Positions 16,959 through 27,517 are shown, counted from the first letter of the stretch. The stretch: 53,783 nucleotides of DNA from Parcubacteria group bacterium (GCA_028286545.1 JAQBRJ010000022.1:1-53783); one strand, 5' to 3'. Numbers and translations are program-made. Notes: a model not told the origin generated them from the letters alone.

Positions 16959-17201
16959 TTACGCTGCAATCCCCGCAAGAGAAGCGAGCTTCTGCTTGTC
17001 GAAGCCAACCATCATCTCGTCACCGACGAAGATAACAGGTACGCCCATCTGACCGCTCTTTTCAATCATTTCCTGGCGCTTGGCAAGGTCAGATTGAACG
17101 TCGTAGTCCGTATAGGCAACGTTGTTCTCCCGAAGGAAATCCTTCGCCATGTGGCAGAAGTGACAGGTTGGTGTGCTGTAAATAGTGATGTTCTTATCCA
17201 T
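16959..17201 (-). CDS. glutaredoxin-family (NrdH/Grx-like) redoxin
   Basis: 80 aa with a CHFC active site after beta-1 (ITIYSTPTCHFCHMAK) and GVPVIFVGDEMMVGFD. Confidence 0.85.
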   Translation of the reverse strand: MDKNITIYSTPTCHFCHMAKDFLRENNVAYTDYDVQSDLAKRQEMIEKSGQMGVPVIFVGDEMMVGFDKQKLASLAGIAA

Positions 17202-17269
17202 AAAAAGGTTTCTGTTACTCCCCTTCAGTATACCATTTTAGTTATCCCCAGGTACAAAATCTCTTCGCT

Positions 17270-17629
17270 CTATAGCCCAAAGAAGTTCCGAACCTTTTGC
17301 CAAAACGTGAGCGGTGGCGGTGGCGGCACGTCTTTCTTAGGCACCACGATAATAACGTCCTCGCCGGGACGCGCCACGCCAAAGGTCTCGCGTACCGACG
17401 CTTCCTGTCCGCGCTGTGTATCCATATCCCCTACCGTTCCCGATAATGTCTGCGTACGCGCATCAAGTGCAGCGAGATCTGCTTGGGTTTCGTGGACCGT
17501 ACGTCGCGCAATCTCTTCTTTTTTGTAAATGCTATAGACCAAGAAGCACAGCCACACTATAGCCAATAGTAATATCAATGTTTTCACTAAGTCGCGTGTA
17601 CTTACCTTACGCCTAGTCCGTCGTGCCAT
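17270..17629 (-). CDS. septum-formation-initiator (FtsB/DivIC)-like protein
   Basis: Basic N-terminus, one TM segment, a coiled coil, then VRETFGVARPGEDVIIV typical of the DivIC/FtsB family. Start taken at MARRTRRK. Confidence 0.5.
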   Translation of the reverse strand: MARRTRRKVSTRDLVKTLILLLAIVWLCFLVYSIYKKEEIARRTVHETQADLAALDARTQTLSGTVGDMDTQRGQEASVRETFGVARPGEDVIIVVPKKDVPPPPPLTFWQKVRNFFGL

Positions 17630-17661
17630 TACTCTCCAGTATACCAAGGAGACGCAGAGTC

Positions 17662-19470
17662 TTACCGTTCGCTATCCTGCACCATCTTCATAAACACATC
17701 CTGCGGAATATCCATCTTTGCATGCACTCCACGACGCTTCTTTCCTTTCTTTTGCTTCTCGAGGAGTTTCATCTTTCGCGTTATGTCGCCACCGTATAGG
17801 TAACCGGTAACGTCCTTTCGAAGCGCAGAGATAGACTTGCTTGCAATGATGCGTCCGAGCGCGTGCGCCTGGATTTTAAGCACAAACATCTGACGCGGAA
17901 GAATTTTCTCGAGCTTCTCAACCATCTTTTCTCCTTCAATTTCTACGCGACGACGAGCAACGACACGTGCAAACGCTGGCACGGCCTCTTCTGCTACATA
18001 TATTTCAAGTTTTACGACGTCAGCAGGTCGCTCATCAAGGAATTCGTATGAAAGCGAGGCATACCCAGAAGATGCGTTCTTTACCTTATCGAAGAAGCCA
18101 CGCATGAGTTCGCGAAGCGGCATTTCTGCAGCGAGCTCAATACGTCCATCGAGATGGTTTTCAGTGTCTTTTACGTCCCCTTCGTGGTCTTGGAAGAGCT
18201 GAATCATATTGGAAAGTGATTCGCTGGGGGTAATGAGTACTACTTTCACCCATGGCTCTTCAATAGAGAGCACGTCGCCAAACGCAGGGAACCGAGATGG
18301 GGTATAAATAGTTTCGCGCTTGCCGTCCTTAGTCGTGACGTTGTAGGCAATGGTTGGAATGGTAACGATGAGTTCAAGGTTGAATTCACGACGAAGTCGT
18401 TCGGTAACAATCTCAAGGTGGAGCATGCCTAAGAAGCCACAACGGAAACCACGGCCAAGTACACCGGACGATTCTTCTTCGAACGAAAGTGATGAATCAG
18501 AAAGACGCAGACGCTCAAGCGACTGACGAAGTTCGGTAAGATCATCCTGACTTTCTGGATACACGGAAGCCCACACAACAGGACGAGGGCGGGCGAAGCC
18601 CGCCAATGGTTCACGAGAGCCCCTATCAGTGAGTATGGTGTCACCCACAGCCACGATACCGGCTTCTTTTACACCGGTGACAATGTAGCCGATTTCCCCA
18701 GCCGAAAGCGAAGCTGTCGGCGTCTCTTCCGGCATCGACACACCCGTTTCAAGGGCTGTAAATCGCTCTCCCGCAGCGGAAAACCGTAATACGTCACCTT
18801 TGCTAAATGAACCATCAAAGACGCGTGCAAAGACCGCAATACCGCGATGACTCGAGAACGAGAAGTCAAAGATGAGTGCACGCGAATCAGTACCTTCGCT
18901 CGGGCGAGGTGCTGGAACGCGGTCAACCACTGCAGCGAGAAGCTCTGCTACACCTTCCCCAGTCTTTCCCGATACTGCGAGCACGGTCGATGGGTCGATG
19001 TTGAGAAGTTCTGAGATTTCGAGAGTAACGTCGTCAGGACGCGCCGCAGGCGCGTCTATCTTCGAGATCACGGGAATAATCACACACCCAGCCTCGCGAG
19101 CCATGGCAAGGGTGGTAAGTGTTTGGGCCTGAATACCCTGCGTTGAATCAACGAGCAAGATAACGCCCTCGACAGCCGAGAGTGCGCGCGAAACTTCATA
19201 GGCAAAGTCGATGTGTCCTGGGGTATCGATAAGGTTAAAGATGTACTCTTCACCATTTCCGGCTTTGAACTTCATTCTCACCGGCTGCATCTTAATGGTG
19301 ATGCCGCGTTCACGCTCAAGATCCATACGGTCAAGCACTTGATCTTTCATATGACGCGCCTCGATAGTCCCCGTCCGCTCGAGCATGCGGTCAGCAAGCG
19401 TCGACTTTCCATGGTCCACGTGCGCGATAATTGAGAAGTTACGTATCTTGTCGATCATGTATTGGGGCAA
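17662..19470 (-). CDS. lepA: translation elongation factor 4
   Basis: 602 aa with G motifs AHVDHGKST, DTPGHIDF and SKID, plus a conserved LepA C-terminal region. Confidence 0.95.
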   Translation of the reverse strand: MPQYMIDKIRNFSIIAHVDHGKSTLADRMLERTGTIEARHMKDQVLDRMDLERERGITIKMQPVRMKFKAGNGEEYIFNLIDTPGHIDFAYEVSRALSAVEGVILLVDSTQGIQAQTLTTLAMAREAGCVIIPVISKIDAPAARPDDVTLEISELLNIDPSTVLAVSGKTGEGVAELLAAVVDRVPAPRPSEGTDSRALIFDFSFSSHRGIAVFARVFDGSFSKGDVLRFSAAGERFTALETGVSMPEETPTASLSAGEIGYIVTGVKEAGIVAVGDTILTDRGSREPLAGFARPRPVVWASVYPESQDDLTELRQSLERLRLSDSSLSFEEESSGVLGRGFRCGFLGMLHLEIVTERLRREFNLELIVTIPTIAYNVTTKDGKRETIYTPSRFPAFGDVLSIEEPWVKVVLITPSESLSNMIQLFQDHEGDVKDTENHLDGRIELAAEMPLRELMRGFFDKVKNASSGYASLSYEFLDERPADVVKLEIYVAEEAVPAFARVVARRRVEIEGEKMVEKLEKILPRQMFVLKIQAHALGRIIASKSISALRKDVTGYLYGGDITRKMKLLEKQKKGKKRRGVHAKMDIPQDVFMKMVQDSER

Positions 19471-21130
19471 ACGGCAGAAGAGCCTTCGAAGAAGTTAGCT
19501 TTTGTAGAGAAGCCTTGAGATCTCTGAATTCCTGGTTTTCCAGGAGGGCAAGCACGACGCCTGCAACCGTTAAGCCCACGATACCAGCAATAATGCCTTC
19601 CGTGAATACCGTCGCCAATCGCGTAAGCGGAGCGAGTGCACCCATGAACGACAACACACCGTAGCTTGCTGCTCCACCCAATATTGCGGCTCCGAGGCCC
19701 TCGAACAGTGGTCTCGATAGTGAACGAGCAACTCCTGGCGCAACCGTACGCAAGGTAATCAGTGCAGCAAGGCCCATAATGAGCTGGCCAATCGTCGCAC
19801 CAAGTGCAATGAAGAGCACACTCGATCCACCAACATCTCCAATACGCAGCAATGATTCCATGAAGTACCGGACCATCGGATACAGCATTGCGAGCTTTAA
19901 GAATCCATAGCTTATGAGGACCGAGATACCACAATCAGCGAGTTGCACAAAGAGTGGGTTCCAGGACTTACCTGCCGCATAGAAAGCACGAGCGCACAGC
20001 AAGATCAGACTTTGTGCCAAGAGCCCTACAACGAGCACCGCAAGGATAGCAGCAGTAAGACGAGTGTCGTTCCAGTCGAATCTTCCGGAGCCGAGCACGA
20101 TACGTACAATGTGTGCACGGAGCACAATCGTGAGCACGGTAATAACTGATGACCAGAAGATAATGTGACGCGCTGCAGCTGTCACTGTTTCCTTAAACGC
20201 ATCGAACTTTGCACTACTCACCTGTTCCGCCATAACGGGGAACGCAGCCGTAGCGTACGCAGCTCCGATAAGGGAGAGCGGTACGGCCTCGAGATTTCCT
20301 GCAAGCGTAAACACCGCTACCCCACCTTCTCCTTGCCTACTCGCAAGTGCAATAAGAAGAAGTGTGGTGAGTGATCCCATCGCAAGCGCGAGTGAACGAG
20401 GCACGGAGTCACGGAAGATTGGCCAGAGGAAGCGCGGCGAGGGAAATACCGGGCGCGGCAAAAGCCGCGCCCGCATGACCACCGGAATATGCAATAGCAC
20501 ATGTAACAACGCTCCTCCCACAACTCCCATGCCAATACCTACGAGACCATATGTTGGGTACAAGAATATCGTTCCCAAAATAATGCCCAGATTATACAAC
20601 ACAGGCGAAAGCGCAAACAAGAAGAATCGTCGCTCAAGCTGCGTAACGCTCGAGAGAATACTCGAGAGTCCCAGTAATATCGGTTGAATCAACAGAATAC
20701 GCGCAAGCAGAATGAATTGCCCTGCATATTGCGGTGCAGCAAATACCGGGAACAATCGGAACAAGAATAGCGGCGCGAAGATTGCAACCAGCGCACAGAA
20801 GATACCGCCGAAGATGAACAGGAACGAAGCTGTCTGCGAGATGAGTCTGCGTGCTTCATCCTGATCACCGGCCTTTAGTAACTTCGAGAGACGCGGAATG
20901 AGTACATATGCTGAGACTAACGATACGACCAATGCAAAGACGAGGTCAGGAATCTTGAACGCTGCATAGTACAGGTCAAGCACGGTGCCTGCGCCAAAGG
21001 CGTGGGCAAATATGCGATCACGAAGCAGCGCAAGAATTTGCGATGCAAGCGTGAGACCTGCAAGCAAGTACGCGGCCTGATGCAGGCCGCGTACTGGTGC
21101 GCTTATTTTTGCTAGGATGTTACGCACCAT
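19439..21130 (-). CDS. murJ: lipid II flippase MurJ (MviN family)
   Basis: 563 aa and about 14 TM segments. N-terminus LLRDRIFAHAFGAGTVLDLYYAAFKIPDLVF is typical of MurJ. Confidence 0.85.
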   Translation of the reverse strand: MVRNILAKISAPVRGLHQAAYLLAGLTLASQILALLRDRIFAHAFGAGTVLDLYYAAFKIPDLVFALVVSLVSAYVLIPRLSKLLKAGDQDEARRLISQTASFLFIFGGIFCALVAIFAPLFLFRLFPVFAAPQYAGQFILLARILLIQPILLGLSSILSSVTQLERRFFLFALSPVLYNLGIILGTIFLYPTYGLVGIGMGVVGGALLHVLLHIPVVMRARLLPRPVFPSPRFLWPIFRDSVPRSLALAMGSLTTLLLIALASRQGEGGVAVFTLAGNLEAVPLSLIGAAYATAAFPVMAEQVSSAKFDAFKETVTAAARHIIFWSSVITVLTIVLRAHIVRIVLGSGRFDWNDTRLTAAILAVLVVGLLAQSLILLCARAFYAAGKSWNPLFVQLADCGISVLISYGFLKLAMLYPMVRYFMESLLRIGDVGGSSVLFIALGATIGQLIMGLAALITLRTVAPGVARSLSRPLFEGLGAAILGGAASYGVLSFMGALAPLTRLATVFTEGIIAGIVGLTVAGVVLALLENQEFRDLKASLQKLTSSKALLPFAPIHDRQDT

Positions 21131-21142
21131 ATGCTAATTGCT

Positions 21143-23578
21143 CTACTGAGCAGTTTTCGTTGACGCACCTGCAGTGCTCGTGTCCTTAACTCCCGTCTGA
21201 GGAATGCCGAGTGCACCCTGACGTGACGGTGGGAACGGATTCTTTCCAGCCACAAGTGTTGCGATATCGGGAGCCACTGCTGCCGCATTGTCAGACGAGA
21301 GTGCCGCGATAGCACGAAGCTGTGCAAGTGCATCGCTGTACTGAGCCTTGTTCGCATACGCGACCGCAAGGAAGAAGCGCGCATTTGCATACTGCTTGTT
21401 CTGATCAACGGCAGCTGAAAGTGCCTGAATGGCGCCATCAGTATTGCCGGTGCCCAAGCGAAGGATACCAACCTGGAAGAGTACGTTCTGGTCGTTCGGA
21501 GCGAAGTACATCGCTGCTTCTGCGGCCTGAAGTGCCTCTGCTGCCTTGCCCTGCTGTACCTGAAGCTGTGACAAGAGCAAGATGGCTTGTGTGTAGTCAC
21601 GCTTGAGGCCGATAGCGGTGGTGAGGTCCGTTACTGCTGCTGCACTATTTCCTTGTGCAATTTCAAGCTGAGCAAGTGCGTACGGAAGTGTTGGATCCGT
21701 AGGGCTCAAGGTAATTGCCTGTGTGTACGCTGTTTTTGCATTCTCATAGGCACCTGCGATCTTGAGTGGAACAACCGTCTGATACACGTTACCGAGGATT
21801 ACCCAGTTCTGGTAATTGTTTGGTGCAAGCTGAGTAGCTTGTGTTGCAGACTGAATGCCGCTTGAGAGCGCTGCCTGGAACTGCTGCTGAGCCTGTGTTG
21901 GTGAAAGCGTAGAATCGTTTGCAATTTTCTGCATCTGATTAATACTTGCAGCCGCTGCGAGCTGGTATGCCCTATCGCTTGGTGCAAAGAGTACTGAACG
22001 CTGAAGCGCAGTTTCTGCACCCACTATATCTCCTGCCGCAAGTGCCTGCGATGCATCTGCATACGCAACACTTCCGAGGTATCGTTCAATGACGACATAG
22101 GCTGCCACTACGCTTGCGAGCAAGAGAAGTGTGAGTCCAAAGACAATCATGAAGCCCACGCGGGGATTGCGAGCGAAGATAACGCCCCATTCACGACGAC
22201 TACCACCATAGCGCAAGCTAGAAACGAAGAGTCCTGCTAAGAAGAATCCTATGAGTAAGACAACCGGTCCTGGCACTGTTGCGATAGCGAGAATAAATAC
22301 GTAGAGCGCTCCCACGAATGTCGCTATTGAGACGAAGCGTGCAAACGGCTCTTCAGGAGCACGGAATAAGAGTGCGCGAATACCGATATACAAGAACAGT
22401 CCAAGGAATGCGAGCCATGCAAGCACACCAACAATACCGGTCGTAATGAACGACGTAGGAACAAGACCGATACCTGACGTGAAGTTTACGTTCCAGAAGA
22501 CCGTATCGTTAAGGCTGCGATCACGGAACTTAAGCCATTGAGTGCCGAATGTTCCAGGGCCTGAACCAAAGAGCGGTGAAGAAGCGTAGGTATGGCTTCC
22601 CACATCAAAGGTTGACTGCCACGATGGGCGCACATCGAGATAATTAGCACCGAACGCATTTACGAGCGAAGCACCAATAGTGCTTCCACCAATAAGGAAG
22701 AACAAAGAAATGACCAACACTCCGAGAGGAGCTGCGAGCCCTTTGGTATCACTGTCGTGTGCCGATTCTGATTCAACAGAAAGGATTGATACTCCGTCGA
22801 AGTCCTCATCTGCAGCAGTGCTACCTCGACGCATAATGGCTTCGATAAAGAGGCCTAAGGCGGTAAGTGCGACAAGCGTCCAGATAAGTGCTGAGTTAAC
22901 GAGTGCGAGCACTACGAGCCCAAGAACGCTGAGAACCCACGTGAATTTGCGCGTACGTGACGATAGCGTCAAGAAACGCATCGCAAGCAATGACAGCGTG
23001 ATGTAGAGACCCATGAGCATACCGAGGTCAGCGAAAGAGCCGACAACGTTTGCCGTAGCCGCAAACTTCGTACTCGCTACACGACTAAGGATAAAGAAGA
23101 TTATCTGTGCGATAGCAACGAGGCCGAGCGCAATGCTTCCCACTTTGAAGAAGGTGCGGTACTGATTACTACGACGGAACGTGAGCGCAACCAAGGTTGC
23201 GAACGCAGCGAGTATGAGCATGAAGCCAAAGGTGTCAGTTTCAAGTTCAGTACCCACTAAGCCTGCACGAATGCCTGCTCCAGAAAAGAGCGTGGACAAT
23301 GCATACGCAAGCGGCACCAACCAAAATGCTCCGAGAAGCGCTATGGGCGGTACGATAATATTCCCGCGTGTGAGGCGAGCAAGGATGAAGAGCGCAAGGG
23401 AGATAAGTCCACCAATGGCGATCAACGAAACCTTACTGTAGATGAACGGTATCGTTGCTGAAGGGATAAAGACCAGTACAGACGCTGCCGCTGTAAGCGA
23501 AAGCATCCATATGGCGAGTGTATCGAATGTTATGCGTCGCGGGTGAGACGCAGTCGATACAGAATGTGTATCATTCAT
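21143..23578 (-). CDS. large polytopic membrane protein with C-terminal TPR repeats (O-antigen-ligase-like architecture)
   Basis: 811 aa. About 12 TM segments are followed by ~300 aa of Ala/Gln/Tyr-rich 34-residue TPR-like repeats. The family assignment is by architecture only. Confidence 0.55.
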   Translation of the reverse strand: MNDTHSVSTASHPRRITFDTLAIWMLSLTAAASVLVFIPSATIPFIYSKVSLIAIGGLISLALFILARLTRGNIIVPPIALLGAFWLVPLAYALSTLFSGAGIRAGLVGTELETDTFGFMLILAAFATLVALTFRRSNQYRTFFKVGSIALGLVAIAQIIFFILSRVASTKFAATANVVGSFADLGMLMGLYITLSLLAMRFLTLSSRTRKFTWVLSVLGLVVLALVNSALIWTLVALTALGLFIEAIMRRGSTAADEDFDGVSILSVESESAHDSDTKGLAAPLGVLVISLFFLIGGSTIGASLVNAFGANYLDVRPSWQSTFDVGSHTYASSPLFGSGPGTFGTQWLKFRDRSLNDTVFWNVNFTSGIGLVPTSFITTGIVGVLAWLAFLGLFLYIGIRALLFRAPEEPFARFVSIATFVGALYVFILAIATVPGPVVLLIGFFLAGLFVSSLRYGGSRREWGVIFARNPRVGFMIVFGLTLLLLASVVAAYVVIERYLGSVAYADASQALAAGDIVGAETALQRSVLFAPSDRAYQLAAAASINQMQKIANDSTLSPTQAQQQFQAALSSGIQSATQATQLAPNNYQNWVILGNVYQTVVPLKIAGAYENAKTAYTQAITLSPTDPTLPYALAQLEIAQGNSAAAVTDLTTAIGLKRDYTQAILLLSQLQVQQGKAAEALQAAEAAMYFAPNDQNVLFQVGILRLGTGNTDGAIQALSAAVDQNKQYANARFFLAVAYANKAQYSDALAQLRAIAALSSDNAAAVAPDIATLVAGKNPFPPSRQGALGIPQTGVKDTSTAGASTKTAQ

Positions 23579-23706
23579 ATTTGTTTTTACTCCGTAATTA
23601 CGGGATTAACCCAGAACTTGTTAATAACCTTATTAGTATACCCTCCGGAACGGTGCAAAAGTGCCGTTGTGCACGTATATATAGGACGGGATGGAAATTA
23701 GAACGT

Positions 23707-23734
23707 GCAAAACCCGCCTTGCGGCGGGTTTTGC
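23707..23734 (-). terminator. hairpin terminator just 3' of the RNase P RNA
   Basis: 12-bp stem gcaaaacccgcc / ggcgggttttgc with loop ttgc. Confidence 0.55.
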
Positions 23735-23737
23735 GTG

Positions 23738-24092
23738 GTTCGGACCGATACGATAAGCCGAGTTCTGTCGGAGTGCAGCCTTACGGCTGCACTCCGGACG
23801 ATCATCTATCTAGGCCTACTATTACTAGCAGGCTCGAGCGGCGCTCCGCATGCTTCCGAAGAAGCTTCGGTACGGCCTTGCACAGGGATAAGGATTTAGC
23901 CGTTTCAGTCTGGCGTCGCCGCCAGCCAACTCTCAAGGAGAGTATCTATCCTTTCGGAGTCGATCGTCTCTGTTCGCACCTCGCGCATTGCTGCGGACGG
24001 GCGTTACCCGCTACCTTTCTGCGTCTTACGACGCCTGTGCTCGGACTTTCCTCTCGACCTTACGGCCGAGCAATCGTCTGTATCGGTCCGGG
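23738..24092 (-). ncRNA. rnpB: RNase P RNA, bacterial type A
   Basis: The minus strand reads CGGACCGATAC...GAGGAAAGTCCGAGCACAGG...GGGTAACGCCC...ACAGAACTCGGCTTATCGTATCGGTCCG. These are the universally conserved CR-I and CR-V strings plus a P1 stem closing both ends. Confidence 0.9.
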
Positions 24093-24108
24093 TAGTATTA
24101 TACCACTT

Positions 24109-26496
24109 CTAGAGGATTTCGCACGTACCGGAAACACATGCCAATTCCTTCTTGAGCTCTGTCTCGTCAACGCGCTCGTAGAGCATGAGCTTTGCGTAGT
24201 CCACGATCGGGAAGCTCTTCATACGGTTTTCGTACTGCTCCTTGGTGATAGTTTCGTACGGTGCAAGACGGTAGACGTGGTTATCACGTGGAAGGAATGA
24301 AAGTCCTCCAACGATATCCCAGTGTTCGTATACCCAGTTAGCAACCTTGATCCATTCATCGTCTCCAACAGAGATGGTCACTGATGGGTTGTGCTCGGTG
24401 AAGTTCTTCTTCACGAGCATCCAGTGCTCAAGCTGGTCGAGTGCTGAAATGTCGTCCTTTGAGATCGCTCCCTCCGGGGCTTTTACGGGGAATTCAAGCA
24501 CATAGGTATTTGCGGTCTCAGCATCCTGACCTACTTCTGGGAAGAATGGTACGCCAGCGTCACGCATGAATTTGAAGAGTGAATCTGTCGCAGAGACGCG
24601 AATACGGCGAATGTAATACGGCGCGTGGCGAGCATGCATGCCACTTGCAACGTCGAAGGTCTGTGAGACGGTGCCTGAAGGCTTCACACAGGTGATAGCG
24701 CTCGAAACATTTACGCCAAACTTATCTGCATACTTCTTGTTCGTCTTGATAGTTTCTGCCTTCATTGCCTGCAAGATGTCTGCATTACGAACTGCCTTAC
24801 TGTCCCACTGTCCGGTGATAGACACACCGAGCAAGCGCTCGTCTTCACAGTTCTTGGTCCAGTCCTTTGAGAGATAGCCCATCTTGGTAAGCGTCGACTG
24901 ATAGGTACCAAGAATAGTTGCAAGTCGTGCCTTCCGAACGAGTGATTCCTTAGTATCGTCTGCGCGTGCAATAACTTCGGTGAGGTTACAGAACTGCTTT
25001 GATTTAAGAATGATTTCGCCGCAAGGATTGGTTCCTGGAAGACCTATGATCTTATCGTTCTTTATGTAGCCGGTCTCTTCCCAAAGCTTGATACGGCGTG
25101 CGGGAAGCTGGCCCATGAGTCCCCCGCGGTTAAAGATTCCACGCTCACCTGAACGACTCTTTACAAGCGCCACCCACTCGTCCATGAACTCTTCGTTCGT
25201 TGGCTTCTCGAGATATACGGCTGAGTTGTTAGCAATTGCGCGGTGTGGATCGCTCATCCAGAACTGACCTTTCTTTGCATCGCGTACTTGCTCGTCATCG
25301 AGATCAGAAAGGGAAATCATCGCACTGCGACGTACACCGCCAGCAACCACGCACTCGCCTATCTTGCAGATAATGTCGTGCGCATCGATGTTGCGAAGAC
25401 GACGTCCCTGGCGAGAAAGAATGCGATCACGGGAGAATGCGAGGAGTGAACGAAGTGGTTCAGGGCCTGAGGCCTTGCCACCCATAACTTTTAAACGAGC
25501 ACCTGCAGGACGAATCTGTGAGAAATCAAAGTGAACTTCCTTTCCTTCAAACCACGAGGTGAGTCCGAGCGTAAGTGCATCGCACCATCCTTCCTTTGAG
25601 TCTTCAACAACATGGAGCGGGAGAGTCTCACCGCTCTGAAGTTCGATCTGTGGAAGTGCCTGAATTGCAGGACTCTCAACGGAGTATCCAACGCCCGTAC
25701 CACACATAGAGATGTACATGATTTCAGCGAAGTCACGAATCTTGCTTGGCGCAATGTATGAACAATTGTATGCAGCGACATTACAACGACGAACCGCTTC
25801 GCCAGCAAACTGCATAAGACGCATTGATGGCATCACCTGCTGACTGAGGATAGCTTCACGGAGTTCTGCATACTCTTTTTCCGCAAGCTTGTTTCCAATA
25901 TTCTCGCGCATGAATGCAAGGTAGCGATCTACCGTTTCGATCCATGTCTCGCGGCGTCCTGCTTCAGGGTTCCACTTCGCGTAGCTGCGGAGGTATACAA
26001 ATTCACCAAGCGCATTGTTTTTAAAATATTTCTTACTCTCATCAGCCAATGCGCGAACTTCTGCAGGAATCTCAACGTTCTCCGAACGGAGCTGATTCCG
26101 CTTATCGCGATAGAGAATGTATGCCTTTGCGGTTGCAGTGAAATCGTTAAGCATCAACTGCTTCTCGATGGAGTCCTGAATTCCTTCCACCGTTGGAAGG
26201 AAATTCTTGTACTTCTTTGCGAAGCGCGCGAGCTCGCCTGCTACCTGGTGTGCCACAAGTATTGAATCATCTTCACTACCTTCATTCGCAGCAATCATCG
26301 CCTTGTGTGTAACGCTTACGATTTTCTCGAATGAGAATGGTACGACGCGTCCATCGCGCTTTTCTATCTGAGAAATGAGTTCGCGATACCGCTTTGTTTC
26401 CCTGCTTTCAGGTACTACAACTTCCTGCTTCGGTGCAGGGGCTTTAGTAATTTTCTTGGCACGAACAGGGGACTTGGCGGTCTTGGACATAGGCAA
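24109..26496 (-). CDS. nrdJ: adenosylcobalamin-dependent (class II) ribonucleotide reductase with an N-terminal ATP-cone
   Basis: 795 aa with an ATP-cone-like N-terminus (IEKRDGRVVPFSFEKI), the active-site region NPCGEI and a C-terminal redox pair CVSGTCEIL. Confidence 0.88.
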   Translation of the reverse strand: MPMSKTAKSPVRAKKITKAPAPKQEVVVPESRETKRYRELISQIEKRDGRVVPFSFEKIVSVTHKAMIAANEGSEDDSILVAHQVAGELARFAKKYKNFLPTVEGIQDSIEKQLMLNDFTATAKAYILYRDKRNQLRSENVEIPAEVRALADESKKYFKNNALGEFVYLRSYAKWNPEAGRRETWIETVDRYLAFMRENIGNKLAEKEYAELREAILSQQVMPSMRLMQFAGEAVRRCNVAAYNCSYIAPSKIRDFAEIMYISMCGTGVGYSVESPAIQALPQIELQSGETLPLHVVEDSKEGWCDALTLGLTSWFEGKEVHFDFSQIRPAGARLKVMGGKASGPEPLRSLLAFSRDRILSRQGRRLRNIDAHDIICKIGECVVAGGVRRSAMISLSDLDDEQVRDAKKGQFWMSDPHRAIANNSAVYLEKPTNEEFMDEWVALVKSRSGERGIFNRGGLMGQLPARRIKLWEETGYIKNDKIIGLPGTNPCGEIILKSKQFCNLTEVIARADDTKESLVRKARLATILGTYQSTLTKMGYLSKDWTKNCEDERLLGVSITGQWDSKAVRNADILQAMKAETIKTNKKYADKFGVNVSSAITCVKPSGTVSQTFDVASGMHARHAPYYIRRIRVSATDSLFKFMRDAGVPFFPEVGQDAETANTYVLEFPVKAPEGAISKDDISALDQLEHWMLVKKNFTEHNPSVTISVGDDEWIKVANWVYEHWDIVGGLSFLPRDNHVYRLAPYETITKEQYENRMKSFPIVDYAKLMLYERVDETELKKELACVSGTCEIL

Positions 26497-26609
26497 ATGA
26501 AGGTAATGATAATAGGCGCCGAGGTAGGAGTACTGAATCGTGTCGACGTACCTTTATTGTATCGTTCTTCATCTTTAAAGCACACTGTGCATAGCGTGCA
26601 CTCTGAGAT

Positions 26610-27146
26610 TTATTTCTTGCTTGGCAAGGAGGACAAGGAAGTTAATGGCAGTTGAATAGTCGTGCCCACTGACCAGCCACGACGAGCAGCTTCTCTAGCC
26701 CGCGTCTCAAGGACAAGCCGAACCGGCTGCGGTGGATAGAACCCTTTTGGGTATGTCGCTGGCGAGACCGCAGCATCAATAGCAAGGATAGTTCCCTTGT
26801 CCGAAAGCCAGATCATGTCGATGGATGTGAGCATATCTTTCATCCAGAATCCGTACTGTTTTGCTACAGGAAAGACAAAAAGCATGCCGTAGTTCTGAGG
26901 TATATCAGCGCGTCCTCCTAGGCCGCGCTCCTGCGCTGCCTCGGTCGTCACAATTTCAAACCGTATCGGTTGAATGCTCGACGCAGTCACTGTGGAGGTT
27001 GCAATTGCCGTTGTGGTCGTCGAGATAGTCTCTGATGACTGTGTAAAGGACACTGCGTTTGGATGCGGATAGAAGAAAAAGACAAGAGCAAGGATTAAAA
27101 CGAGAGCGAGAAGTCCGTAAAGGACATGGTGTCTTTTAAGATTCAT
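26610..27146 (-). CDS. DUF192-domain protein with an N-terminal membrane anchor
   Basis: Start taken at MNLKRHHVLYGLLALVL. The core RGLGGR...GMLFVFP...FWMKDMLTSIDMIWL...LETRA matches DUF192/COG1430. Confidence 0.7.
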   Translation of the reverse strand: MNLKRHHVLYGLLALVLILALVFFFYPHPNAVSFTQSSETISTTTTAIATSTVTASSIQPIRFEIVTTEAAQERGLGGRADIPQNYGMLFVFPVAKQYGFWMKDMLTSIDMIWLSDKGTILAIDAAVSPATYPKGFYPPQPVRLVLETRAREAARRGWSVGTTIQLPLTSLSSLPSKK

Positions 27147-27198
27147 ATATGTACATTCTACCAGGCACAGACCCCGCTGTTGCGGTATACTAGTGCAT

Positions 27199-27513
27199 AT
27201 GAAAAGCAACAATTTTAAAGATACCGTCTCCGCAGTTGTAGCCGGCATTCCCAAAGGCAAAGTTGCCACCTATGGCCAGGTTGCCGCACTCGCTGGAAAC
27301 CCCGGAGCATCACGTGCAGTAGGCATGATCATGAGTAAAAACAAAGACACCAAAGCAGTCCCTTGCCATCGCGTTGTTGGATCAACCGGTGCACTCACGG
27401 GCTACGCATATGGCAACGGCACAACTACCAAAAAGCAGATGCTTCAGAAAGAAGGCGTCGTATTCAAAGGTGAGAAAGTCGACCTCAAGGAATCAAAGTG
27501 GGAACCTAAATAA
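27199..27513 (+). CDS. MGMT-family methylated-DNA--protein-cysteine methyltransferase domain protein
   Basis: 104 aa. ATYGQVAALAGNPGASRAVG and the active-site PCHRVV with the Cys retained. Confidence 0.8.
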   Translation: MKSNNFKDTVSAVVAGIPKGKVATYGQVAALAGNPGASRAVGMIMSKNKDTKAVPCHRVVGSTGALTGYAYGNGTTTKKQMLQKEGVVFKGEKVDLKESKWEPK

Positions 27514-27517
27514 TTAG

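Noticed and set aside
23518-24300. A 260-aa plus-strand ORF (and the nested ORF 23705..23899) between the TPR membrane-protein gene and nrdJ
   Set aside because: The region is the RNase P RNA on the opposite strand, with the conserved strings GAGGAAAGTCCGAGC and ACAGAACTCGGCTTA. The ORF is open only because the RNA is GC-rich. Its translation looks non-protein-like, and its 3' end overlaps nrdJ.
26497-26609. Cobalamin riboswitch or NrdR box upstream of the B12-dependent nrdJ
   Set aside because: The spacer is only 113 nt, too short for a cobalamin riboswitch, and I see no B12-box-like string. The small palindromes (GCACA-C-TGTGC, GTGCAC) do not match the AT-rich 16-bp NrdR box consensus as I remember it.
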